Positions 46,427 through 56,254 of a stretch of 64,000 bases of DNA are shown here, in pieces. Under the pieces are notes generated by a model. It was not told the DNA's origin and did not search any database. It saw nothing but the letters and a program-made list of their open reading frames with translations. Each line of letters begins with the position of its first letter. Position 1 is the first letter of the stretch. The DNA is taken from positions 62,001 to 126,000 of IMG/VR virus record IMGVR_UViG_3300030419_004471; one strand, 5' to 3'. The position numbers and the translations under genes were made by a program.

Positions 46427-46977
46427 TTATTATATAATTTATTTACTAATTCGCTATCTTCTACCTCTTTACATTTAAATCCTTTTCCATACTCATATAA
46501 CTCTTCACTACACCACCAATCTTCATATATTTCTCCTTTAGAATTTGTTACATCTTCACAAATCAGTTTGTATCCTTTTTCTTTTAATAATTTTCTTTGA
46601 GGTTGTCTGTTTGTTAAATCTCTATTTTCAGCTCTACCTAACAAACCCCAATATGCATCATGCTCAATTGTGATTACCTTAACACCAAATTTTTCTAATG
46701 GTACATTCTCTAAAACTTTGTATGAGTCTTTATCAGCATCAATAGATAAGTAATCTATTTTTTTATCTATAAAATCCCAATTAGTTTTGGTTGCATCCAA
46801 TTTATGGAATTCCATCCCATCCCAGCCATCAAAATCTTCTATGTCAACGAAATAACCATCACATCCTAATTGTATTAGAGGATAGCATACACTGTTACCG
46901 GGGGTACTACATCCTATATCTAAGAATGTAAAAGGTTCAAATATTAAGTTCAACGGAAAGATTGCTTGGGTTCTCAT
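46399..46977 (-). CDS. FkbM-like methyltransferase
   Basis: FLDIG, IDYLSIDAD, VITIEHD, YEDWW. Confidence 0.7.
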   Translation of the reverse strand: MRTQAIFPLNLIFEPFTFLDIGCSTPGNSVCYPLIQLGCDGYFVDIEDFDGWDGMEFHKLDATKTNWDFIDKKIDYLSIDADKDSYKVLENVPLEKFGVKVITIEHDAYWGLLGRAENRDLTNRQPQRKLLKEKGYKLICEDVTNSKGEIYEDWWCSEELYEYGKGFKCKEVEDSELVNKLYNKWNESTYQH

Positions 46978-47717
46978 ATCGTTGTAACTCCTCTTTTTTG
47001 TACTACTATTGTAGCATTATCGTTAGCTAATTTTATTGCCTTATCTATATTCTGAGATTGTAAATATTCATATGCAAATGATGCCATCCAAGTATCTCCA
47101 GCTCCACTTAAATCTCTAACTTCAACTGAATTATCTACAGGATATCTTTTTCCATTATACATACATCCTCTTTCACTCATAGTTACAATTAATCTATCCT
47201 TCCAATCTTTATATACTGCGCCCTTTTCAACACAAATATCCCACTCTTCTTCATTCATTTTAACAAATGTATAATCTTTGAAGTAATTTCCACTTCCTAT
47301 AGTTTTTTTAGTATCAATAAAAGATAGTTTAGAGCTCTCTCCTATTTTCTTTATATTATCATATGTAAGATATCCCTTATCATAATCGGATACAATAACT
47401 GCATCATATGAATCAAAATCTACCTTACGATGGTCAAATGTATTAGAAACCTTATCATTACCATCTACCCTAAGTAGCATTTGGTTTGATTTTGTTTCTA
47501 CATATCTTGTCTTTTGAATTTGTTCGTTGTTTGTGATTAGTTCAGTTTTTCTAACTCCTAATGCTCTGAGATTCTCAACAACATTTCCTGCCATACCTTG
47601 ATTGGTTATGGTTTTTGATGGATTAAATACTGGAATTGGTGCTTCAGGACATAACCTCCCACAATTACCATATACAAAAACATCTGTACAACTATCTCCA
47701 ATAACTAATATTTTCAA
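46974..47717 (-). CDS. PfkB kinase, HldE/RfaE heptose-7-phosphate kinase domain-like
   Basis: VIGDSCTD, RLCPEAPIPV, GMAGNV, SDYDKG, DLSGAGDT, VVQKRG. Confidence 0.9.
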   Translation of the reverse strand: MKILVIGDSCTDVFVYGNCGRLCPEAPIPVFNPSKTITNQGMAGNVVENLRALGVRKTELITNNEQIQKTRYVETKSNQMLLRVDGNDKVSNTFDHRKVDFDSYDAVIVSDYDKGYLTYDNIKKIGESSKLSFIDTKKTIGSGNYFKDYTFVKMNEEEWDICVEKGAVYKDWKDRLIVTMSERGCMYNGKRYPVDNSVEVRDLSGAGDTWMASFAYEYLQSQNIDKAIKLANDNATIVVQKRGVTTI

Positions 47718-48067
47718 AACTTTTTACTTTTACTTATAAAACTTTCAAGACTTTTGATTTCTAAGAAATCTTGTAAGTTTTTTATTCTCTGACAGATTTC
47801 ATATTCTTCTACTCCTTCAGCCCAGTCTAAAGCTTTAGCTAAAGTATCATCAATTTCCTCTCTTCTTACAAAGAATTCAAATTTTCTTATTTTATTATTA
47901 ATCTTATTTCTAACTTCCAGAGCTAATTTCTCATTTTCACCCTTATATAACATCTCTTCTGCAGCTGTTACTAATTCTGGAAATATTATCTGAGGATTAT
48001 CGTGAGTCCATAGATAAATGTCATTATCTCCTATATTAATCTTCGTACCTCTGCGTGGTTCATCCAT
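47714..48067 (-). CDS. Hypothetical protein with UVR-like motif
   Basis: AEGVEEYEICQRIKN. Confidence 0.55.
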   Translation of the reverse strand: MDEPRRGTKINIGDNDIYLWTHDNPQIIFPELVTAAEEMLYKGENEKLALEVRNKINNKIRKFEFFVRREEIDDTLAKALDWAEGVEEYEICQRIKNLQDFLEIKSLESFISKSKKF

Positions 48068-48071
48068 TTTA

Positions 48072-48893
48072 TTAGTTTTCTACGTCCATTAATAATGTTT
48101 TCTGTAGTTCTGTAAGTTCTTCTTGTTTATTTTCTTCTTTTCTATAATACCAATATCTTCCGAAATGATTTACAGATGCCTTACCATCAAAGAAATCATA
48201 AACTGCTTTAATAACCCCAGCGTGTATGCTTGGACAATTATGATATAATCCATCAGCAGCTTCTATTGCTATAAAAGCTTTTCCATCGATATGGTCTTTT
48301 TCCAAATCTTCTTCACTTACCTCATCAATTTTATTAATATGATAATCACCTGAATAATCATCTCCACAAATATATCCACCTGGTTTTACTTTTTTCCAAC
48401 CAATTTCTATATCTTTTTTTACACAACTATATTCATGCCCACCATCAATAAATAATATATCTACTGATTCATCTTCTAATTTAGCTAATTCTTCGTGAGA
48501 ATTTCCTTTAACAAGAGTTGTTACTTCAAATGGGTCATATTGGTAATTACCATCTTCTTTACCTTTATTCTCTAATATCTTAATAACGCTTTGATATCTC
48601 TCATCAACCTTTTCTTTATCATCTGTAAAGTTATGATTATCAACCCACTCTTCTCCATCTACAGTTACGTTTCCCTGAAACCAATCAATTGCGATTAGTT
48701 TACCATTATAATATTTTCTTTTTATTAAATCGGTTAATTCACAAGTATCGTGTCCGATACCAACACCAACTTGAACAATTAGTGGTGAATATGGCTTTTT
48801 GGGATTAACTCCTTCTGGAAGTTCATATGATTGCCAATTTTGTCCTGAGTTTATGAATGTTTCTACAAAAGAACTTATCCAAGTACTATTCAT
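48072..48893 (-). CDS. Class I SAM methyltransferase (Methyltransf_24-like)
   Basis: VQVGVGIG, AIDWF, LFIDGGHEY..VKKDI, VKPGGYICGDDY. Confidence 0.85.
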   Translation of the reverse strand: MNSTWISSFVETFINSGQNWQSYELPEGVNPKKPYSPLIVQVGVGIGHDTCELTDLIKRKYYNGKLIAIDWFQGNVTVDGEEWVDNHNFTDDKEKVDERYQSVIKILENKGKEDGNYQYDPFEVTTLVKGNSHEELAKLEDESVDILFIDGGHEYSCVKKDIEIGWKKVKPGGYICGDDYSGDYHINKIDEVSEEDLEKDHIDGKAFIAIEAADGLYHNCPSIHAGVIKAVYDFFDGKASVNHFGRYWYYRKEENKQEELTELQKTLLMDVEN

Positions 48894-48903
48894 ATTTTAT
48901 TTA

Positions 48904-49173
48904 TTAAAATTCTACATCTAATACAATAGAAGTGAGTCCTTCATATTTTGGTTTTTCTATTGTAATTTTTTTTATTTTCCAGTTTGTCTTTTGGTATCTG
49001 ATTGTTCCTCCTACATTGTAGCAAGGTCCTCCTTCAAAATCAAACATTGTTATTTCACGATTATTGTTTTCAGCTATACGTGGTTCGATAGATTCGCCCA
49101 TAATTCGTATTCTGTCATCACCTAGTTTTTCGATACTTCTATCTAATCCATATCGAGATTTTATTACATCCAT
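48904..49173 (-). CDS. Conserved phage hypothetical protein
   Basis: SRYG..R; MFDFEGGP. Confidence 0.6.
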   Translation of the reverse strand: MDVIKSRYGLDRSIEKLGDDRIRIMGESIEPRIAENNNREITMFDFEGGPCYNVGGTIRYQKTNWKIKKITIEKPKYEGLTSIVLDVEF

Positions 49174-49210
49174 TATAATATATTTGTATATACTATAAAT
49201 ATTAGATATT

Positions 49211-49237
49211 AAAAAAAGAAGGGATATTTCTATCCCT
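49211..49237 (-). terminator. Rho-independent terminator
   Basis: AGGGATA-GAAA-TATCCCT followed by TCTTTTTTT. Confidence 0.8.
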
Positions 49238-49245
49238 CCTCTATA

Positions 49246-49497
49246 TTAATCTAAATTTTCGAAAAAATGTTGTGTAAATAATTTCTCATATACATCTTTA
49301 CCTACCTCGTCTGAGGTAACTTGTAAAGATTCGAATGCTTTTGTAATTGCATTAGTTACTTGAGAATATGAATATTTTGGAGTTGCTAATGCTATTTGCT
49401 CATTAACAAAATCAAGATAATCATCAGATTTTTTCCATTGTTCGAACTGATAGTCATCATCAGCGAAATCAACCTTTTCATCAAAGTTTATTGCCAT
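49246..49497 (-). CDS. Hypothetical acidic protein
   Basis: ORF before terminator. Confidence 0.55.
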   Translation of the reverse strand: MAINFDEKVDFADDDYQFEQWKKSDDYLDFVNEQIALATPKYSYSQVTNAITKAFESLQVTSDEVGKDVYEKLFTQHFFENLD

Positions 49498-49633
49498 CCT
49501 TTATTCGTTTAATTTGTTGCTCTGTTAATATTCGTTTAGGTTTTATAACCTCTTCGCTTGGTACGGAATATTTTTTTACTAAATCTTCCATCCAATCTTC
49601 TCTTTTTTTACTCATTTTATTATATATTTAAAC

Positions 49634-50635
49634 TTAAACTTCACTTAATGATTTTTCAATCACTTTCACTATCTTATAAGGGTCTGCATTTGAAGCAGGT
49701 CTCCTATCTTCTAAATACCCAATCCAATTTTTTGAAGTTGCTTGTGGTATTCTAATTGAAGCTCCTCTATCTGATACTCCCCAACTAAATTTCTTAATTG
49801 ATTGAGTCTCATGCAAACCTGTTAATCTTTGTTCATTAGATGAGCCATAATTTTCTATATGTTCTATATGATTCTTTGCAAATGATTCAAATATTCTAAA
49901 GAATAACTCTTCACCACCTGTTTCTCTCATTTCTGTTGTTGAAAAATTAGTATGTAATCCAGAACCATTCCAATCTCCTGTGATTGGTTTTGGATGAAAT
50001 TCTACTTTCAAATTATATTTTTCTGAGATTCTATGTAAAAGATATCTTGAAATCCATAATTGGTCACAAGCTTCTTTATTACCTTTACCCATTACTTGGT
50101 ATTCCCACTGTCCTAACATTACTTCAGCATTGATTCCAGTGATATCTAAACCTGCATCTAAACATTGATTTAAGTGTTCATCTACAATATCTCTACCACT
50201 TACAAGTCCACCACCTACTGAACAATAATATTTTCCTTGTGGTGCAGGATATCCATCTTTTGGAAATCCAATAGGTTTACCATCTTTCATAAAAGTATAT
50301 TCTTGTTCGAATCCATACCAATTATCAGGATTATCTTCCAATTCTGCTCTGGTATTTGATTCGTGTGGTGTTCCATCTGTATTTAACACTTCACATAAAC
50401 AAAGAAACCCATTTTCTCTTAATGGGTCTTTTACCAACTTTACTGGTTTTAATAAACAATCTGAATAGTTTCCTTCAGCTTGTAATGTTGAACTACCATC
50501 GAATCCCCATTCAGGACAATCTTCAATAGACAAGGCCTTAGATTCAATAATTTTTGTTTTACTTCTCAAATTTGGTTCTGGTTTATAACCATCTAACCAA
50601 ATGTACTCTACTTTAAATTTTTCAAATTTAATCAT
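49634..50635 (-). CDS. glnII: Glutamine synthetase, type II-like
   Basis: EYIWLDG, WGFDGSST, GFEQEY, GINAEVMLGQWEYQ, HPKP..GDWNGSGLHTNFS, RLTGLHET, DRGASIRIP, YLEDRRPASNADPY; 333 aa. Confidence 0.95.
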   Translation of the reverse strand: MIKFEKFKVEYIWLDGYKPEPNLRSKTKIIESKALSIEDCPEWGFDGSSTLQAEGNYSDCLLKPVKLVKDPLRENGFLCLCEVLNTDGTPHESNTRAELEDNPDNWYGFEQEYTFMKDGKPIGFPKDGYPAPQGKYYCSVGGGLVSGRDIVDEHLNQCLDAGLDITGINAEVMLGQWEYQVMGKGNKEACDQLWISRYLLHRISEKYNLKVEFHPKPITGDWNGSGLHTNFSTTEMRETGGEELFFRIFESFAKNHIEHIENYGSSNEQRLTGLHETQSIKKFSWGVSDRGASIRIPQATSKNWIGYLEDRRPASNADPYKIVKVIEKSLSEV

Positions 50636-50666
50636 AATATTCTCCTTTTATTTTAGTTTAAAAAAA

Positions 50667-50939
50667 TCATCGAACTATCTTCCACGATTCTACTTTGTTA
50701 CATTTTACACAAATTTTTGTATCTATTCTACCTCTGGTTGTCCAATCTTGTTCCCATAATTCTACCGTTATTGGTTCTTCACAAAAACATTCATTTTCAT
50801 TATGAGCTGGAATTGAATTCCATACACTCAATTGATTATTATTCATCCACTCATCTCTAGTGTAAACTGTCTTTTTTGGGTCATACCAATTTGGTAAAAC
50901 CTCATTTAGTGCTTTTTGTAATTTTTTATCTATTGCCAT
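50667..50939 (-). CDS. Hypothetical protein with CxC/CxxC (Zn-binding?)
   Basis: ECFC...ICVKC. Confidence 0.5.
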   Translation of the reverse strand: MAIDKKLQKALNEVLPNWYDPKKTVYTRDEWMNNNQLSVWNSIPAHNENECFCEEPITVELWEQDWTTRGRIDTKICVKCNKVESWKIVR

Positions 50940-50940
50940 T

Positions 50941-51207
50941 TTAAAATCCTGTTATTAAATTCTTTGTCCAAGCTACGATTCCATTAATATTTAAAACTGC
51001 TAAGTTCCATTGTTTCCTTGATATTACTTGTATTCCCGTACAAATGAATCCTATAATAAATAACCAAGGCTCAACAGTCCAATGTGCAGCTAATATAAAA
51101 CCAGTACCCATATATCCAATTTTAGATGCTGTTTTTTCAAATTGTGTTTGCTTCCTATTATATTTTAAATATCGTATAAGAGCTCTCCACCTAATGTTTT
51201 TCAACAT
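50941..51207 (-). CDS. Small membrane protein
   Basis: Three short hydrophobic segments. Confidence 0.6.
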   Translation of the reverse strand: MLKNIRWRALIRYLKYNRKQTQFEKTASKIGYMGTGFILAAHWTVEPWLFIIGFICTGIQVISRKQWNLAVLNINGIVAWTKNLITGF

Positions 51208-51355
51208 AATATTAATTTCATTTTCATAACTACAAAAAAAGAGACATTAAATTATTAAAATCTCAATTTTTACTCTCTTTTTTAATTATATTTTAAGGTT
51301 AGGAATTCGGGGTAGAGAACCTACCCCTTTTTCCATTTGTAAATAATTGATAACC

Positions 51356-52576
51356 TTAAAACTGAGGAACATCGTCCTCATTATCTTCAGTGTCCTCATC
51401 TTTCACATCATTGAATAGAGGTTCACCATTTTCATCTTTTTGATACTTCTGTACCAATTGTTTCACATAAGTTCTTTCTGAATCAACTCCACCATCCTGA
51501 GAGAAGAATGGAAAGATAGAAATCTCAGCTGCTTCACCTAATTCGAAACCGTCATAAAGTAATCCAGCCATTTCAACACTTGCTCTGGTAGAAACCATAG
51601 CGGTAAGTTTACCATTTTCACTCATCGATTGAGTTCTAGTGTGGTGTGCAATTTCAGCTACTGCTTTCAAATCATCTTCGTTTACTTCAGGAAACATATA
51701 ATTTAGTAATCCAAATTCTTCAGTATCATTAAGAACATCCATTTCGATAGTAACAAATCTATCTAAGATTGCTCTATCCATTACTCTAGTCGATGTATAT
51801 TCATTACCGATGTTAGCCGTAGCGATGAAGGTAACTCCTTCAGCCACATTCACAATCGGTGAACCTTCGGCTTCATCTAATCTCAAATATCTCTGACCAC
51901 TATCAAGAACAGTCATTAAGATGTTCCAAGCATCAGGGTGAGCCCTACTCAACTCATCTAATAGAATAACTGCGTTTGGAGTTTTGATTGCGGTAACAAA
52001 GGCAGATTCTGAAAAGAAAGTACCCTTACCTTTATCAAAGTGTGTGTTACCGATTAATGTTGCTCTTGGGTCCTGCGTAGCTCCCAAGTTAAAATAGAAA
52101 TCAGGTCTATCTAATGCCTTAACCAATGCTTTTGCAGCCATAGTTTTACCACAACCAGCAGGTCCTGTCATCATAATATTTTTTGCTCTTACAGCAGACC
52201 TAATAAGATATTTCCACTTTAGTTCTTTCATCACCAATTCTTGTGGTTTCAAAGATGTAGAACCCTTATGGATAAAATCTTTAATTGCTGTATGGTCTCC
52301 CTTATCTTCAAATTGAACACCACCATTATCGGTATTCATTGGGATAACTAATGCGTTATAAACTTCCATATCAACTTTTCTATAAACTTTTTTTCCGTTT
52401 TTGTTGATATATGCTTGAACCGCCTTACCTTCGTTGTAAGCCGATTTTCTCACACCAGTGGTGGCACCTAAAGTACCTACTTTTACACCAGTGGTATCAA
52501 TTAATTTAAATGTGTTTCCAAAGGTTTCAACTTTGTAAACTTCGTTTGGTACATAACCAGTTTTAATTTCACTCAT
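51356..52576 (-). CDS. MoxR/CbbQ/CobS-type AAA+ ATPase
   Basis: GPAGCGKT, ATLIGN, LLDELSRAH, ATANIG, MDRAILDRF, STR. Confidence 0.9.
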   Translation of the reverse strand: MSEIKTGYVPNEVYKVETFGNTFKLIDTTGVKVGTLGATTGVRKSAYNEGKAVQAYINKNGKKVYRKVDMEVYNALVIPMNTDNGGVQFEDKGDHTAIKDFIHKGSTSLKPQELVMKELKWKYLIRSAVRAKNIMMTGPAGCGKTMAAKALVKALDRPDFYFNLGATQDPRATLIGNTHFDKGKGTFFSESAFVTAIKTPNAVILLDELSRAHPDAWNILMTVLDSGQRYLRLDEAEGSPIVNVAEGVTFIATANIGNEYTSTRVMDRAILDRFVTIEMDVLNDTEEFGLLNYMFPEVNEDDLKAVAEIAHHTRTQSMSENGKLTAMVSTRASVEMAGLLYDGFELGEAAEISIFPFFSQDGGVDSERTYVKQLVQKYQKDENGEPLFNDVKDEDTEDNEDDVPQF

Positions 52577-52604
52577 AGTTTTAAGGTTTTATCAATTTAT
52601 ATTA

Positions 52605-52635
52605 CTAATATACGAATTTTTCCTGAGAATTCCAA
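52605..52635 (-). promoter_or_regulatory. Bacteroidota sigmaA-type promoter (copy 10)
   Basis: TTGG-N19-TATATTAG. Confidence 0.8.
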
Positions 52636-52658
52636 GGAAAAATCCAATTATTTTTTGT

Positions 52659-54740
52659 TTATTTTTGTAAGAATAATTCATTTAATGTTTTTGTAATTTG
52701 ACCTACATTTTGTACATCAATCATTTTAGCTCCTTTACCATACATTGTTTTGAAATCTCTTTCATCACTACTGTAAGAACTACCATCTCCAATAAAATAA
52801 GCTAAAGTTTTAATTCCCATATTTTCAATCATCTTCACCATTTTGTTAGTATGTTGAGCTGCTCTTTCTCCACCATAGTAGAAACCAGGACCTGAATAGT
52901 AAGGTTGCCCATCTGAAAGGTTTAGGAAATAAGAATCTATATCATTATTCGAAGATAGAAATTCTTTTTCAATAGCTTCGAAACATAATCCTTCTGGTGT
53001 AGTACCATTTGGTCCAAGACCAGAAAAGTATTTTTTTACTTTGGAGAATTTATCTACTCTACTATCATAAGCCATTACAATATAAGGTTTGTTATTAGTA
53101 GTAGCTCTGAAACTTACTTGGACTTGTATGTTTTGAATCATATCAACTGCTTTACAAATCGCAACTACATTAGTCATAGTTTTACTCCACTTATCTCCAC
53201 CCATTGATGAACTAGCATCGATAGAAATATGTAGATTAGCTTTTTTATAAGAATCTAATTCACTAAATTGGAATACATTTTCGTTACCAAATCCAAGAGA
53301 TGAAATCATTCTCTTATCAATCTTACCAACTTTCTGTCTATTGAAAATAGTTGTTCTATCTTCTCCTCTTACTTGAAGTTTTTTACCCAATATAGTACCT
53401 AATTTAATTCCATCTGCAACTTCATCTTCATAATAATGAGCCATATTTCCTTCCCAATTTTTGTATGATAATGGAAACAGATGTGATTCGAAAAGTGATT
53501 TAGTAAGTTTCTTAACTACGATACATTGAGTAGTTGGATTACCATAATAATCACCACTAGCTCCCTTACCAACTTCTTTAAGTTCCGAACCTGATTCTTC
53601 AATAGCGTTAATGTTTTTTGAATCCGATTTACTAATTGATGTTTTTTGAATATCACCATCCAAAAACTTCTTTTGTTTTTCTATTTTCTTTTTAAGTAAT
53701 TGTTTTTGTCTATCAGTTAATTGAACTTCATTATCTGATTTAGAGTTTGATTTATTATTTGTTGGTTTACCACTAAGGTTATCAGGTAAGTTTTGAACAT
53801 CAATTCCACCACCACCAGTTGGAGTATCATCTGAACCACCATTTAAATCAGTACCATTTAAGATTGAGTTAGAAAACTCTTCAAACTCTTCATCACTCAT
53901 AGTTCCATCGGATGAACCTCCATCCCCTGCTTCTGAACCATCTGTACTGTCTGTTGTTTTTTGTGGTTTTAGGTTTGGAGGGTTATTATCATCTATGTTA
54001 ACATTATTTAAGTTAGATAATATTATTGTGAATATTTTTATTGCAATATCAAATGAATCTTGTGAATTCTGTAATCTACTAATATTTTTTAAATCAAGAA
54101 GTTTGTATATTTCTCTCAATCCATTTAGAGAGGAAAGTTTAGAATTCTTATTGTGAAGATTTATAATTCTAAACATATATGATGTCATACTTTCATCTGT
54201 AAATTCATTGGTTAAAAGAGCTTTATCGATTACTTTATCATTAAAGTATTTATTATACATCTTTCTATAATAATCTCTATAACCAGGTGCAGATTTAAAT
54301 ACATAATTATCAATTCTTCTATCCTCTACATAGTTCCAAAGATTTTTAATAGTTTCTTGTGAATTGTAAATACCCTTCTTAATAGCTCCCTCAGTAATGT
54401 GAATAGGGATTAACTTGTGTAATCGGTTTAATAAATCAAAATCTGAAAGTTTGATGTGAGAACCTTCGTGTAAAGCCAATCCAACAGCCACATCGAAATC
54501 TTTTGGTTCTGAAACCCTAGTACCTATAACAACTGATTTTCCATCAGTATAAGATTCTCCTCTTTCTTTGAATCTAACAGGAATAGAATCATTCGTAACA
54601 ATACTTACGAAGTTTGATATAGCTCTTTTTGATGCAGCTAATTTATAAAGGTCTAATGATTTTTTTTCTTGAGTTGAGAGGGAATCTGTGATGATATCGT
54701 TATCATCGAAAGAGTACCAATAAGAAGAATTATAATTCAT
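52659..54740 (-). CDS. VWA domain protein with N-terminal HExxH domain (CobT-like partner)
   Basis: LHEGSH, NYVEDRRI, acidic Gly linker, MIDAS DASSSM, GTTPEG, LSDGQP. Confidence 0.88.
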   Translation of the reverse strand: MNYNSSYWYSFDDNDIITDSLSTQEKKSLDLYKLAASKRAISNFVSIVTNDSIPVRFKERGESYTDGKSVVIGTRVSEPKDFDVAVGLALHEGSHIKLSDFDLLNRLHKLIPIHITEGAIKKGIYNSQETIKNLWNYVEDRRIDNYVFKSAPGYRDYYRKMYNKYFNDKVIDKALLTNEFTDESMTSYMFRIINLHNKNSKLSSLNGLREIYKLLDLKNISRLQNSQDSFDIAIKIFTIILSNLNNVNIDDNNPPNLKPQKTTDSTDGSEAGDGGSSDGTMSDEEFEEFSNSILNGTDLNGGSDDTPTGGGGIDVQNLPDNLSGKPTNNKSNSKSDNEVQLTDRQKQLLKKKIEKQKKFLDGDIQKTSISKSDSKNINAIEESGSELKEVGKGASGDYYGNPTTQCIVVKKLTKSLFESHLFPLSYKNWEGNMAHYYEDEVADGIKLGTILGKKLQVRGEDRTTIFNRQKVGKIDKRMISSLGFGNENVFQFSELDSYKKANLHISIDASSSMGGDKWSKTMTNVVAICKAVDMIQNIQVQVSFRATTNNKPYIVMAYDSRVDKFSKVKKYFSGLGPNGTTPEGLCFEAIEKEFLSSNNDIDSYFLNLSDGQPYYSGPGFYYGGERAAQHTNKMVKMIENMGIKTLAYFIGDGSSYSSDERDFKTMYGKGAKMIDVQNVGQITKTLNELFLQK

Positions 54741-54768
54741 AGTTTTAAGGTTTTATCAATTTATATTA

Positions 54769-54799
54769 CTAATATACAAAATATTCCTGAGAAATCCAA
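54769..54799 (-). promoter_or_regulatory. Bacteroidota sigmaA-type promoter (copy 11)
   Basis: TTGG-N19-TATATTAG. Confidence 0.8.
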
Positions 54800-54816
54800 G
54801 GAATTTTGTAATTATT

Positions 54817-55044
54817 TTATCTGTATAATGTTACTACTGAACCGAAACTCTTATCGAATGTTTGGATTAGGTTTTCATAATCACCACTCATCATTTCATT
54901 CAACAAATCTTTTTCGTAAGTTTTAGTCATTCCGAATTCTTTACACAATCTTTTAGCCAAACCTAAGATAACAAAAGCATTACCATCAGGTCCTGTCAAA
55001 TCGATTTCGATTCCGTTGTTTTTGTATTTTTTACTTTTAATCAT
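54817..55044 (-). CDS. Conserved hypothetical protein
   Basis: IDLTGPDGNAFVILG...MMSGDYENL. Confidence 0.65.
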   Translation of the reverse strand: MIKSKKYKNNGIEIDLTGPDGNAFVILGLAKRLCKEFGMTKTYEKDLLNEMMSGDYENLIQTFDKSFGSVVTLYR

Positions 55045-55061
55045 ATCACTTATTTACATAG

Positions 55062-55092
55062 TAAATATACGAAAAAAAGTCGAGAAATCCAA
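55062..55092 (-). promoter_or_regulatory. Bacteroidota sigmaA-type promoter (copy 12)
   Basis: TTGG-N19-TATATTTA. Confidence 0.8.
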
Positions 55093-55104
55093 GGAAAAAG
55101 TGAA

Positions 55105-55869
55105 TTATTTTTTAGAAATTTTTACCCATCCAACAGGATGTTTAAAGGGTTCGTTTATGTTAGGATATGTTATATTATATCCATCTTCACCATATATTTT
55201 TTCAATATCATCTTTGATAAAATCCCAATCGAGTTTCCAGCCATCATTAATATCAAAGTCAAATCTATACCAATATTTTTTATCTAGAACTTCAGGGTAC
55301 TCAAAATACCATACATCAGTAACACCATCTTCTAATTCAATACCAAAATCGTGTATGTATATTGTAGGTTTAACATTTTGGTTTGCTATCTCTCTTAATT
55401 CGTGAGTTAATGGATTATCAGTAAAATTATCATATCCCCCACCATGCGCATCTAAAAAGAACACATCAGTATCTTTTAATTTTAGTGATTCTAATAATTC
55501 TTTACTTGGTTGAAGAAAACTATTAATTTTATTTCTATAATGGTGGTTTTGTAAAAATCTGTATTTTGCTATTGTATAATATTCTTCATCAACTTCACAA
55601 GTAAATACATCTTCAATATCTCCACTTTCTAATAAATCTGAAAATTCTAATATAAAAGAACCGAATTCAGTTCCAGTTTCAATAAATCGCTTTCCATCTC
55701 CTTTTAAAGAATCTCTAATACTATCTACTAAATCAGTATCCATAGCTGTAACTGCTTCAGGATTTAAGAATCTATCCTTGTTGTTATCAAATTTCTCTTT
55801 TACTCTTTCAGTAAAATCCGTATCGGTATAGTTATTATCTAACCATACAAAAAAATCATTTCTATTCAT
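55105..55869 (-). CDS. SAM methyltransferase-like protein
   Basis: FIETGT..G, TCEVD, FFLDAH, PL..EL..I, IYIHDF. Confidence 0.6.
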   Translation of the reverse strand: MNRNDFFVWLDNNYTDTDFTERVKEKFDNNKDRFLNPEAVTAMDTDLVDSIRDSLKGDGKRFIETGTEFGSFILEFSDLLESGDIEDVFTCEVDEEYYTIAKYRFLQNHHYRNKINSFLQPSKELLESLKLKDTDVFFLDAHGGGYDNFTDNPLTHELREIANQNVKPTIYIHDFGIELEDGVTDVWYFEYPEVLDKKYWYRFDFDINDGWKLDWDFIKDDIEKIYGEDGYNITYPNINEPFKHPVGWVKISKK

Positions 55870-56254
55870 TTAAATATTTATCCATTAATGTTGATGGGTT
55901 ATCTCTATATATTCTGTAAGAGTCCTCATCGAAATGTTCTGTACTCACTTCAAATACTATTGAATTTGGTTTAAGTGATGTTAATTGATGTGGTTGTCCT
56001 CTTTCTATAGTAACAGAATCACCAACCTGTAATACATCCGTATTTAATTGTGCATTTTCTGTATCAATCCAATCAAATTTAAAACTTCCTTCTTGCACAT
56101 ACCAACTCTCTTTCTTTTTTAAATGATAGTGCATTGAAAAATTAGCATATGCTTCTTCAAACACCAATAATTTACCACAATATTCTTCATCATTATGAAC
56201 CCATAGTTCATATCCCCAAACTTTATCTACCTTTTTTGGTTTAGTTATCTTCAT
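55862..56254 (-). CDS. Cupin (mannose-6-phosphate isomerase/sugar epimerase-like)
   Basis: KVWGYE, YCGKLL, SMHYHLKKKESW, QPHQL, EVST.HFDEDSYR. Confidence 0.8.
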   Translation of the reverse strand: MKITKPKKVDKVWGYELWVHNDEEYCGKLLVFEEAYANFSMHYHLKKKESWYVQEGSFKFDWIDTENAQLNTDVLQVGDSVTIERGQPHQLTSLKPNSIVFEVSTEHFDEDSYRIYRDNPSTLMDKYLNE

